Part shown: positions 1-9,086 of the stretch, one piece after another | How the letters are laid out: every line of letters starts with the position of its first letter | Position numbering within the stretch: position 1 is the first letter of the stretch | Source of the DNA: Gammaproteobacteria bacterium | GTDB taxonomy: Bacteria; Pseudomonadota; Gammaproteobacteria; UBA12402 | NCBI GenBank assembly: GCA_050123375.1 | Contig: JASFHF010000006.1 | Span: forward strand, 2,309-66,308 | Reading direction: 5' to 3' | DNA: 64,000 nucleotides | Notes under the pieces: model-generated | What the model was told of the DNA's origin: nothing | What the model saw: only the letters and a program-made list of their open reading frames with translations | Databases searched by the model: none | Made by a program: the position numbers and the translations under genes

Positions 1-860
1 CTGTTAAAGTTTCAGCAAGCAAATTTTTGAATTCTAATTCTTTAAATAATTCAATTAATTTTTGTTTGTTTTTGGGTTGTGGAACTATATCTGGTAAGTT
101 TATTGGTAATTTAACATCACAATCAACGGTAATTAGGCGTTTAAATAGTGGCAAATTTTCGATGCTAAGACGCAAATTTTCACCTACTTTTCCGGAAATT
201 TCGTCCGCATGTTTAGTAATTTCGTCCAATGATTGATATTGTTCTAGCCATTTTACTGCAGTTTTTGGGCCGACTTTGGTAACGCCAGGAATGTTATCTG
301 AAGTATCACCAATTAAAGTTAAGTAGTCGACAATTTGTGAAGGTGTTACCCCAAATTTATTTTTTACGCCGTCGACATCCAAAGTAGTTTTTGACATGGT
401 GTTAATTAATATTACATGCTCATTGACTAATTGCGCTAAATCTTTGTCGCAAGTTGAAATTATGGTGTCAGTTTTATTTGCTGAAGCTTCTTTTGCTAAA
501 GTGCCAATGACATCATCAGCTTCAACTCCTTCGATAGCTAACAAAGGTAGCCCCATAGCATGAATTATTTGGTGTAAATATTTAATTTGGGAAATTAATT
601 CATCTGGCATAGCAGGGCGATGAGCTTTATATTCGGGATAAAGTTCGTGCCGAAAAGTTTTACCTTTAGCGTCAAAGACTACTGCGATTTGTGATGGGTG
701 GTAATCTTTGATTAGACGGCGAATCATATTTACTACGCCAAAAATTGCGCCAGTTGGCTGGCCTTTGGAATTAGTCAAAGGCGGCAGCGCATGGTAAGCG
801 CGGTATAAATACGACGAGCCGTCAATTAGGATTAGGGGGGGGTGTTTGTCTGGGTTCATA
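1..860 (-). CDS. polA: DNA polymerase I, N-terminal 5'-3' exonuclease part (extends beyond window start)
   Basis: Reverse-complement translation from the ATG at 858-860 gives MNPDKHPPLILIDGSSYLYRAYHALPPLTNSKGQPTGAIFGVVNMIRRLIKDY...VVFDAKGKTFRHELYPEYKAHRP, matching the PolI N-terminus. No stop in window, so absent from the ORF track. Confidence 0.85.
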
Positions 861-1346
861 GCTACATCCTTATTTTTAACCTAAAAACGGGAGTTGACGC
901 GCGATTGATAACGCAACATCTTGATTCATCTAGCTAAATGAAAATTTGTCTCATTACCAGTTAGGTAACCACGCAAATTTTCATTACGCTATCTAAATCA
1001 ATCTGTTGCATTCTCAATTCGCGCGCAACCGCCGTTTTTAGGTTTAAGCAAAAGATTATAACAAACTCATACGAATAGGTATAATTTTTGTGGCTATCAT
1101 TTTTCTTAATTTTACAAAGTTTTGGTGATTATGAGGTTTTGGGTATCTTTTTTCTCCTCCCTGGCACTTCCATGTGCCTCCCGTGCTCCCATCCATGGGC
1201 ACTAGTCGTCGAAAACAGATACCCAAAACCTCTTATAATAGTTGCATAAAAATTGGTTAGATAATTACAAATTAGCAAAATTATAGTAAATGATTATTTC
1301 TAGCTTTATGTTATTATTAAGAAAACTGATGTTTTGGAGAAATTAT

Positions 1347-1535
1347 ATGGTGATTAGTGAAACTAAAGATCATATGGTTATGTTGAAACCATATCTAGAA
1401 ATTCCGTTGTGCGAAAGATGGTTATTTGATAATAAAAAAGCTATGGAAAGACTTAAACGAGGATTGAAACATGCAGCTGATGGGCGTGTTGCAGAAAAAG
1501 GCAGCTTTGTTAAATTTGTTGATGATGCAGATTAA
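1347..1535 (+). pseudogene. possible Phd/YefM-family antitoxin remnant (C-terminal part only), stop overlaps ksgA start (TAATG)
   Basis: MVISETKDHMVMLKPYLEIPLCERWLFDNKKAMERLKRGLKHAADGRV resembles the YefM C-terminus (..[29 protein letters not shown]). The N-terminal third is missing and no toxin partner follows. Confidence 0.25.
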
Positions 1536-2428
1536 TGAGTAAAAGCGTATTTCACATACACCAACCGCGGAAGCGTTTTGGGCAGAATTTTTTGCAGGAT
1601 GAGGGGATAATTGCGCAGATTATTGCGGCAATTAATCCGCAAGAAAATGACTTGATGGTGGAAATTGGGCCGGGATTGGGTGCTTTGACTTGTGAATTGT
1701 TACCTAAGCTGCGAAAGTTGCATGTAATTGAATTTGATCGTGATTTGATTCCGCAGTTAAAGCAACATTGTGCGGATTTGGGTGAGTTAATTGTGCATCA
1801 GGCTGATGTTTTAGAATTTAATTTTTCGTCATTAATTACAACAGCCATGGATCCCGCGGTCAAGCCGCGGGATGACAGAATAAAAAATTCGCGGAATGAC
1901 AAAATGAGAGATTTGCGGGATGACACGAAAGAAAAAAAATTACGCGCGGTTGGTAATTTGCCGTATAATATTTCTTCGCCAATAATTTTTCATTTACTAA
2001 AATTTGCGCCGCTTATAAAAGATATGCATTTTATGCTGCAAAAAGAAGTTGTGGATCGTTTGAGTGCATCGGTTGGTACTAAAGCGTATGGTCGTTTAAC
2101 TGTGATGGTACAATATTTTTGTGAAGCCAGGAAATTATTTGATGTTTTGCCAGCTGCTTTTTATCCTAAACCAAAAGTGACTTCGAGTTTTGTTAGATTA
2201 GTTTCATATGAAAAATTACCTGTACAGGCAAAAGATTTTACTAAGTTTGCTGAAATAGTTAAAATTGCTTTTAATCAGCGCCGCAAAACTTTGCGTAATG
2301 CATTAAAATCAATAATTACAGCGAAAGAGTTGGAGCGTTTAGGAGTTGATCCTAAATTACGTCCAGAACAGCTAAGTGTGACAGATTATGTTAGAATTAG
2401 TAATAATAATGGATATCGGGGAAAGTAA
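1535..2428 (+). CDS. rsmA: 16S rRNA (adenine1518/1519-N6)-dimethyltransferase RsmA/KsgA, with ~30-aa in-frame insertion
   Basis: FGQNFLQDEGII...EIGPGLGALT...GNLPYNISSPIIF motifs. 297 aa versus ~270 expected. Extra segment AMDPAVKPRDDRIKNSRNDKMRDLRDDTKEKK is encoded by a palindromic repeat. Confidence 0.9.
   Translation: MSKSVFHIHQPRKRFGQNFLQDEGIIAQIIAAINPQENDLMVEIGPGLGALTCELLPKLRKLHVIEFDRDLIPQLKQHCADLGELIVHQADVLEFNFSSLITTAMDPAVKPRDDRIKNSRNDKMRDLRDDTKEKKLRAVGNLPYNISSPIIFHLLKFAPLIKDMHFMLQKEVVDRLSASVGTKAYGRLTVMVQYFCEARKLFDVLPAAFYPKPKVTSSFVRLVSYEKLPVQAKDFTKFAEIVKIAFNQRRKTLRNALKSIITAKELERLGVDPKLRPEQLSVTDYVRISNNNGYRGK
1846..1935. repeat. in-frame palindromic insertion element inside ksgA (ATCCCGCGG-tcaag-CCGCGGGAT hairpin plus 3x ~24-bp GCGGGATGACA repeats)
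   Basis: Perfect 9-bp-arm palindrome at 1851-1873. GCGGGATGACA-like motif at 1867, 1891 and 1914. The same palindrome occurs at 36941-37019 inside ygfA. Confidence 0.8.
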
Positions 2429-2432
2429 AAAT

Positions 2433-2534
2433 GGGGTCAAGGCTTGAATTTTATGTTTTGGCTTAGTGGATATAAGTCGAGACGTTGGGTTTTGGTGAGT
2501 TTAATTTAAAGTGTAAAATTCAAGCCTTGACCCC
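2433..2534. repeat. perfect 21-bp inverted repeat (GGGGTCAAGGCTTGAATTTTA) flanking 60 bp, in ksgA-apaH intergenic region
   Basis: 2433-2453 is the exact reverse complement of 2514-2534. Could be a terminator or MITE-like element. No apaG lies between ksgA and apaH. Confidence 0.7.
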
Positions 2535-2551
2535 GCTACGGAGTACGGATT

Positions 2552-3388
2552 ATGTCAACATATGCAATTGGTGATGTACAAGGTTGTTATGCAGAATTAA
2601 TGCTGCTGCTTGAAAAAATAAAATTTAGCCCGGCTAAAGATCGATTATGGTTTGTGGGTGATTTGGTAAATCGTGGTCCGAAGTCATTGGAAGTTTTGCG
2701 TTTTATCAAAAATCTTGGGAATAAATGTGTTGTGGTTTTAGGTAATCATGATTTGCATTTGTTAGCAGTTGTATATGGCAGTCAGCAATATAGTGATGAG
2801 GATACTTTTGTTGATGTGTTGGACGCAGATGATAAAGATGAATTGTTGCTTTGGCTGCGGTCACAAAAACTTTGTCATTATGATGAAAAATTAAATTTTG
2901 TGATGACGCATGCGGGAATTCCGCCGCAGTGGGATTTGGCAACGACGCAGCAATGTGCGCAAGAAGTGGAACAAATTTTGCAAAGTAATAAACATATAGA
3001 GTTTTTTGAGCATATGTATGGCAATCAGCCGAATTATTGGAATAACGATTTGTTAGGTTGGGATCGTTATCGTTATATTACTAATGCGCTTACCCGAATG
3101 CGTTATTGCGATAATGAAGGGCGGCTTAATTTGACGGAAAAGGGCCCGATTGATAATGCGCCTGCTGATTTGATTCCTTGGTTTGAGATGCTAAATCCAA
3201 AAAATAAAAATTTTAATATTGTTTTTGGTCATTGGGCAGCATTAATGGGCAGCGCAACAGAAGCTTATGTTGCAAAAAATATTTTTGCAATTGATACCGG
3301 ATGTTGTTGGGGGCGGAAATTAACCGCACTGCAATTGGAAACACGGCAGTTGTATGGGGTCGCATCTTCACTTGTTAAATTAGAATAA
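2552..3388 (+). CDS. apaH: bis(5'-nucleosyl)-tetraphosphatase (symmetrical) ApaH
   Basis: MSTYAIGDVQGCYAELMLLLEKI...FVGDLVNRGPKSLEVL...GNHD matches the ApaH metallophosphatase signature. Follows ksgA as in E. coli. Confidence 0.9.
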   Translation: MSTYAIGDVQGCYAELMLLLEKIKFSPAKDRLWFVGDLVNRGPKSLEVLRFIKNLGNKCVVVLGNHDLHLLAVVYGSQQYSDEDTFVDVLDADDKDELLLWLRSQKLCHYDEKLNFVMTHAGIPPQWDLATTQQCAQEVEQILQSNKHIEFFEHMYGNQPNYWNNDLLGWDRYRYITNALTRMRYCDNEGRLNLTEKGPIDNAPADLIPWFEMLNPKNKNFNIVFGHWAALMGSATEAYVAKNIFAIDTGCCWGRKLTALQLETRQLYGVASSLVKLE

Positions 3389-3391
3389 GTA

Positions 3392-3540
3392 GACGGGACG
3401 GAGCTTCACTCATTAAAAGTTGTCGGGTCGCGAGCTTTACATGGTTACGAGGTAATAGCTAAATTCTTTGAGGGTCGGAGCTTTACATGATTACAAAGCA
3501 ACAAGCAAGGCCTTGTAATTATGTAAAGCTCGCGACCCAA
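3392..3540. repeat. family-A palindromic intergenic repeat (full copy 3470-3538 plus degenerate half-copies)
   Basis: GAGGGTCGGAGCTTTACATGATTACAAAGCAACAAGCAAGGCCTTGTAATTATGTAAAGCTCGCGACCC has ~25-bp inverted arms. Source of spurious ORF 3487..3693. Confidence 0.8.
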
Positions 3541-3547
3541 CAACCTT

Positions 3548-4906
3548 TTAAGATCTTTTCATCGCTTCGAAAAATTCATTATTGGTTTTGGTGGTGCGCA
3601 GACGGTCATATAAAAATTCAATTGCGGCTAATTCGTCCATTGGTTGTAATAATTTACGCAAGATCCACATTTTTTGTAGTTCATCAGCGCTAACCAAAAG
3701 TTCTTCACGACGCGTGCCGGAGCGGTTAATGTTAATTGCAGGAAATACGCGTTTTTCCGCGATACGTCGATCCAAATGGATTTCCATATTACCAGTACCT
3801 TTAAATTCTTCGTAGATAACTTCATCCATTTTGGAGCCGGTATCGATTAATGCTGTAGCTAAGATGGTTAAGCTTCCGCCTTCTTCAATGTTACGTGCAG
3901 CACCAAAGAAACGTTTAGGACGATGCAGCGCATTTGCATCCACACCACCAGTTAGAACTTTACCGGAAACTGGTACTACAGTGTTATACGCACGTGCTAA
4001 ACGGGTAATTGAGTCTAACAAAATTACCACATCGTGTTTGTGTTCCACTAGACGTTTAGCTTTTTCAATAACCATTTCTGCAACTTGTACGTGGCGAGTT
4101 GCTGGTTCGTCAAAAGTACTGGCGATTACTTCACCTTTAACTGAACGATCCATTTCGGTAACTTCTTCAGGACGCTCGTCGATTAATAACACCATTAAAT
4201 GACATTCTGGATGATTGCTTTCGATGGAATGAGCAATATTTTGCAGCATCATGGTTTTACCAGCTTTTGGCGGTGAAACGATTAAGCCACGTTGTCCTTT
4301 TCCAAAAGGGGCAACTAGATCAATGATTCTGGCTGTGATATCTGCAGTGCTGCCATTGCCTCGCTGCATTAGTAAGCGTTCATTGGCGAATAGTGGAGTG
4401 AGGTTTTCAAATAGAATTTTATTCTTGGCGCTATCTGGATCATCATAATTAATTTTATCAACTTTTAATGTGGCAAAATAACGTTCTGCTTCTTTCGGTG
4501 GACGAATTTGTCCGGAAATTGTATCGCCAGTACGTAAGTTGAAGCGGCGAATTTGACTAGGTGATACGTAAATATCATCAGGACCAGGTAAATAAGAACC
4601 TTCGGCAGAACGCAGAAAACCAAAGCCGTCAGGTAGAATTTCTAAAACTCCTTCGCCATAAATAGCTTCGCCATTTAGTGCGTGTGCTTTTAGGATTGAA
4701 AAAATTAAATCCTGCTTGCGCTGACGCACATTTTCTAAGCCAATTTTGTTGGCCATTTCAGTTAATTCCGCAGGAGATTTATGTTTCAGCTCTTGTAAGT
4801 GAAAAGTTTCCTTTTTTTTGTCAGTGGGTATTTTAGCGGTTTTTACTTTAGGACGTGTTACAGCTGTTTTAGCTGTGGGTTTATTAGTAGTTTTATCTTC
4901 TGGCAT
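3548..4906 (-). CDS. rho: transcription termination factor Rho with ~33-aa lysine-rich N-terminal extension
   Basis: [13 protein letters not shown], Walker [18 protein letters not shown], and full RecA-like domain present. trxA lies upstream on the same strand as in E. coli. Confidence 0.95.
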   Translation of the reverse strand: MPEDKTTNKPTAKTAVTRPKVKTAKIPTDKKKETFHLQELKHKSPAELTEMANKIGLENVRQRKQDLIFSILKAHALNGEAIYGEGVLEILPDGFGFLRSAEGSYLPGPDDIYVSPSQIRRFNLRTGDTISGQIRPPKEAERYFATLKVDKINYDDPDSAKNKILFENLTPLFANERLLMQRGNGSTADITARIIDLVAPFGKGQRGLIVSPPKAGKTMMLQNIAHSIESNHPECHLMVLLIDERPEEVTEMDRSVKGEVIASTFDEPATRHVQVAEMVIEKAKRLVEHKHDVVILLDSITRLARAYNTVVPVSGKVLTGGVDANALHRPKRFFGAARNIEEGGSLTILATALIDTGSKMDEVIYEEFKGTGNMEIHLDRRIAEKRVFPAININRSGTRREELLVSADELQKMWILRKLLQPMDELAAIEFLYDRLRTTKTNNEFFEAMKRS

Positions 4907-5106
4907 ATATTTATGACTCTTATGTTAATTAAAAAACAGAAAAACAAATCGGTAATTCTAATTCAATTAAGATTTACTTTTAAAGGTACACGCGATAGCG
5001 CGCATCATTATAATAGCATTAAATTTCAAAAAATCAAAGTAATTATTCAGTTTTTTTCCCAGGAACGCTCGTAAGCCTCAAGATTGACACGCTGAATAAA
5101 TACAAA

Positions 5107-5433
5107 TCAAATATTACTATCCAAAAAAGCAGTTAATTGTGTTTTAGATAGCATTCCGACTTTTGAGGCAACAATCTCACCGTTTTTTAGTAAAATAAGT
5201 GTTGGAATTCCTCTTACGCTATATTTTTTTGCAAGATCAGCGTCTTCATCAACGTCTACTTTAACAAATTTCACTTTTTCGTTATATTCATTTGCAACTT
5301 CATCTAATACAGGGGATAGCATTCGACAGGGGCCGCACCATTCTGCCCAAAAATCGATTAATACAGGAATATTTGCTTGCAGTACTTCCGTGTCAAAATT
5401 AGCTTGACTGACAGCCATAACATTTTTATTCAT
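5107..5433 (-). CDS. trxA: thioredoxin
   Basis: 108 aa, WCGPC active site, collinear with E. coli TrxA. Confidence 0.95.
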   Translation of the reverse strand: MNKNVMAVSQANFDTEVLQANIPVLIDFWAEWCGPCRMLSPVLDEVANEYNEKVKFVKVDVDEDADLAKKYSVRGIPTLILLKNGEIVASKVGMLSKTQLTAFLDSNI

Positions 5434-5715
5434 AATTTTACCTCGATACTAAATATATAAGGGATAGTGAATTATAACAATCGGTGAACCATCACCATTA
5501 TTATTTCAATTGAGTGTTAGGAATGCAAGGACTTTTTGATTTTTATCACAAAGACTTTCGCATAAAGTGCGGAAGTCATGCTTCAATATAGCAATTTTGT
5601 TCTTATTTTTATCAATTTATGTAAAAAATCATAAAATGCATATTGAAATGCTGGAGCATTGTGGGTAATCGGCATATAATTTTCTTCCCAAATGATAAAT
5701 TATAGCGAGGGTTTT

Positions 5716-6747
5716 ATGCACATCATATTAGCATTGATCTTTATTTTAGTGGCAGGGATTATTAATGGATCATTCGCGCTGCCGACTAAGCATGTTACTA
5801 ATTGGAATTTTGAAAATATCTGGCTGCATTATGCAGTTTGGGCATTTATATTATTGCCTTGGATTACCATTTTTATTTTAACGCCGAATGTGATGCAGAT
5901 TTATGCAGCAACGCCGTGGGAATATATTTTAATCATGATTATTGGCGGAGTTTTATTTGGTGCAGGTCAAATTGGTTTTGCATTTGCGATGAGTATGATT
6001 GGTATTGGAATTACATTTGTGATTTGTATTGGATTAAGTATTGGTTTAGGTTTTTTGTTGCCTTTGGTTATTCAGCATAGTGATCAGGTTTTTACCCCCT
6101 TTGGTATTTTAACAATTTGCGGCGCTGTTTTAGCAATAATTGGTTTATGTGTTGCAACTTATGCAGGGGAGTTACATCACCGTAATAAATATGCAGCAGA
6201 ACAAGCCGAAACATTTCATGTACGGAAGTTTTATTATTTTGGTGTTTTATTAGCAGTTATTGCTGGATTATTTTCAGCAGGACAAAATTTTTCATTTTCG
6301 TTGACATCGCATATGCAGCAAATTGCGTTAAATATGGGAGCTTCGGCTTTAGGAGCATCAGTTATTATGTGGCCGGGATTTTTATTGTTTAGTTTTATGC
6401 CGTATGCTGGATACATGTTGTATTTGCATTGTAGAAATAGCTCCTTTCAAAATTATTTGCGAAAAAATACCGGTAAATATTATTTCTTTGCAATTATTAT
6501 GGGATTATGCTGGTTTGGTTCGTTAATTTTTTATAGCCGTGCATCGCAGCTTATTGGTTTTTTAGGTCCAGTGGTTGGTTGGCCGATGTTTATGGTTTTA
6601 GTTATTTTAACTTCAAATTTCATTGGTTGGCGGCATCATGAATGGGAAGATTGTTTACCAAAAATCAGAAACATTTTATGGGTCGGATTGTCATTATTGA
6701 TAATTTCAGTAGTGCTTTTAGGATATACATCAACTTTGCATCCGTAA
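5716..6747 (+). CDS. RhaT-family (DMT superfamily) sugar:H+ symporter
   Basis: 10-TM protein. N-terminus MHIILALIFILVAGIINGSFALPTKHV..W.FENIW...LLPW parallels E. coli RhaT (MGIFWHLIGAAS..PFKKV..WSWE..W..ILPW). ATG at 5716 is preferred over 5692 because GAGGG sits upstream of it. Confidence 0.6.
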   Translation: MHIILALIFILVAGIINGSFALPTKHVTNWNFENIWLHYAVWAFILLPWITIFILTPNVMQIYAATPWEYILIMIIGGVLFGAGQIGFAFAMSMIGIGITFVICIGLSIGLGFLLPLVIQHSDQVFTPFGILTICGAVLAIIGLCVATYAGELHHRNKYAAEQAETFHVRKFYYFGVLLAVIAGLFSAGQNFSFSLTSHMQQIALNMGASALGASVIMWPGFLLFSFMPYAGYMLYLHCRNSSFQNYLRKNTGKYYFFAIIMGLCWFGSLIFYSRASQLIGFLGPVVGWPMFMVLVILTSNFIGWRHHEWEDCLPKIRNILWVGLSLLIISVVLLGYTSTLHP

Positions 6748-6785
6748 TTAAAGAGTTTATTTAATAAGTTTTGGAGGGCGATAAA

Positions 6786-7703
6786 ATGGTAGAGTTATTT
6801 GGTGGTATTGAAGCTGGTGGAACAAAATTTATTTGTGCGGTAGGAACTGCTTCGGGGAAGATTGACAAGAGAGTTTCAATTCCTACGGCTACACCTGAAG
6901 AGACTATTCCGCAGGTGATTAAATATTTCAAAGATATTCATTTTAATACTCCATTATCAGCGATTGGTATAGCTTCATTTGGTCCGGTTGATCCTGATCC
7001 GGTATCGCCTCATTTTGGATATATTACTTCAACGCCTAAGTTGGCTTGGACAAATTACAACATTCTTGGGGCAATTAAAGATGCTTTTGGTATGCCGGTT
7101 GGTTTTGATACGGATGTTAATGGGGCAGCTCTAGGTGAATATCGCTGGGGTGAAGCACAAGGTTTGGATACTTTCATTTATATGACAGTTGGCACTGGAA
7201 TTGGTGCTGGCGGTATGGTTAGCAGCAAAATGATTCATGGGTTGATTCATCCTGAGATGGGTCATATGTTTATTCCTCATGATAAAACACGTGATCCGTT
7301 TGAAGGTGTTTGCCCGTTTCATGGTGATTGTCTTGAAGGTTTGGCTACTGGTCCTTCAATGATGAAACGTTGGAATGTAAAGGAGGCTTTGGATTTGCCT
7401 GCTGATCATGAAGGATGGGATTTAGAAGCTGATTATTTAGCGTATGCTTTAGCGAATTGTGTTTTGGTATTATCACCACAAAAAATTATTATTGGCGGTG
7501 GAGTGATGAAGCAGCCGGGGCTTTTATCTAAGATACGTCCAAAAGTAGTTACTTTGTTGAACGGTTACATTAACCATTCCGCGATTCTAGAAGGTATTGA
7601 GCAATATATTGTGTTACCTGGCTTAGGAGGTGATGCAGGTATTTGTGGGGCAATTGCGCTGGCTGAGAAGGAATTTAAAGATAATTTGATCGCATCGTCA
7701 TGA
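6786..7703 (+). CDS. ROK-family sugar kinase (fructokinase/mannokinase Mak-like)
   Basis: Start ELFGGIEAGGTKF, the ROK cysteine motif GVCPFHGDCLEGLATG, and GHMFIPHD parallel E. coli Mak. GGAGGG lies upstream of the ATG at 6786. Confidence 0.75.
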   Translation: MVELFGGIEAGGTKFICAVGTASGKIDKRVSIPTATPEETIPQVIKYFKDIHFNTPLSAIGIASFGPVDPDPVSPHFGYITSTPKLAWTNYNILGAIKDAFGMPVGFDTDVNGAALGEYRWGEAQGLDTFIYMTVGTGIGAGGMVSSKMIHGLIHPEMGHMFIPHDKTRDPFEGVCPFHGDCLEGLATGPSMMKRWNVKEALDLPADHEGWDLEADYLAYALANCVLVLSPQKIIIGGGVMKQPGLLSKIRPKVVTLLNGYINHSAILEGIEQYIVLPGLGGDAGICGAIALAEKEFKDNLIASS

Positions 7704-7728
7704 TCTCAATAAACAATGGAGAGTTAAT

Positions 7729-8097
7729 ATGAGCACACAGGCTTTAAATGAGATCGGTAAGGTTTATGAACGTCCTTGGGGAACCTATAAAACTTTGGAT
7801 ATTGGTGATGGATATCAGGTTAAAATCATTGAGGTCAAACCAGGAGGCCGTTTATCATTGCAAAAGCATTTTAAGCGTGCTGAACATTGGGTGGTAATCA
7901 AAGGTACACCAACAATAACTGTGGGTGACAAAACCGAACAACTCGTTGTAAATCAAGGGGTTTTTATTCCGGTTACGACCATTCATCGTTTGGAGAATTT
8001 TACCGATCAACCTGCTGCTATCATTGAAGTTCAAGTCGGTTCATATCTGGGTGAGGATGATATTGAGCGTCTTGATGATATTTATAGTAGAAAATAG
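7729..8097 (+). CDS. mannose-6-phosphate isomerase, cupin type (type II PMI domain)
   Basis: ERPWGTY...VKIIEVKPGGRLSLQKHFKRAEHWVVIKG...IHRLEN...IEVQVGSYLGEDDIERLDDIYSR is the classic AlgA/ManC C-terminal PMI cupin. Confidence 0.8.
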   Translation: MSTQALNEIGKVYERPWGTYKTLDIGDGYQVKIIEVKPGGRLSLQKHFKRAEHWVVIKGTPTITVGDKTEQLVVNQGVFIPVTTIHRLENFTDQPAAIIEVQVGSYLGEDDIERLDDIYSRK

Positions 8098-8236
8098 TCT
8101 TTAATAATCAAGATGTTACAAATGGGTAGCGTCCCGTCCAAATCCATGCAAGTTTTCTGCTAATTTCGTATGCGTTAGATAATTAAATGGGCTATACTTA
8201 GTTCGTATAGTTCCATGCAGAAAAGAGAGCTGTTTT

Positions 8237-9070
8237 ATGGTAGAAAATAATGAAATGCAAGGGTTAGAGCTAAAAGAAGTCATTCCATCCGTCGCTGTTA
8301 ATGAAGGATCAGAAGTTACAGCCATTGATTTGAATGATTATATCAATAATCCAACAGGTGAAGCGCTGCGGTTTACTGTTGAGCTGGTTGGTGGGGGTTC
8401 TTTGCCGGCTGGGATTAATTTTAGCGCTGATGGGATTTTAAGCGGTATTCCTCAAGCAGGTACTGCAAGACCTTTACCTTATGAGATTACTATAGTTGCT
8501 TTTAATCCTAAAGTTGCTCCTTTAGTAATGCATTTTAAACTTACAATTTATGCAGCAGCAGGAAAAATAGATTACAACGATTTTAAAAATTATTGGCAAA
8601 ATTTTGCGGAAGGGTTGGCTCTTCCGGATATAGAACAATTATTAACTCGCGAAATAACCCCTTTAGATATTTATTATATGCTGGGGCGTTTCGCTACTTT
8701 GATTATTTGGAATGCGGATGATTTAACTTCGGCAACTAAAGGTGTGGTAATTGACATTCCGCAAGCAAGCAAATTATTTAAAGTTTATGATTTTAGTAGT
8801 GCGATCGTTACTTCGCCTAGTGATTTGTATGATCCTAATCGTGGGTTGAAAGATGCAATTCAGACTGCTAAAGCAATGATTCGTGAAATTAAGCGGCGCA
8901 ATTGGAATATTGAGTTAGCAGGTTATGACAAAATGGTGACAGCTGCCTGGGTTGAAGTACAGCATCTTAACAAAGCAACACCAGGCAATCCGATTAAAGT
9001 ATATAATTATGAGCCGTCTTTGTTTGATACGGAAGTTTTGGCATTGAGTTCACCGCAGCAACAGATTTAA
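8237..9070 (+). CDS. hypothetical protein with N-terminal putative Ig-like (He_PIG/dystroglycan-type) domain
   Basis: FTVELVGGGSLPAGINFSADGILSGIPQAG fits the PF05345-like pattern. Remainder unrecognised. Confidence 0.45.
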   Translation: MVENNEMQGLELKEVIPSVAVNEGSEVTAIDLNDYINNPTGEALRFTVELVGGGSLPAGINFSADGILSGIPQAGTARPLPYEITIVAFNPKVAPLVMHFKLTIYAAAGKIDYNDFKNYWQNFAEGLALPDIEQLLTREITPLDIYYMLGRFATLIIWNADDLTSATKGVVIDIPQASKLFKVYDFSSAIVTSPSDLYDPNRGLKDAIQTAKAMIREIKRRNWNIELAGYDKMVTAAWVEVQHLNKATPGNPIKVYNYEPSLFDTEVLALSSPQQQI

Positions 9071-9086
9071 TTAACGAGGTAATATT

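Noticed and set aside
1155-1175. Sigma-54 promoter-like TGGCAC-N5-TGTGC in the polA upstream element
   Set aside because: The -12 element does not match TTGCA, so it was treated as part of a hairpin instead.
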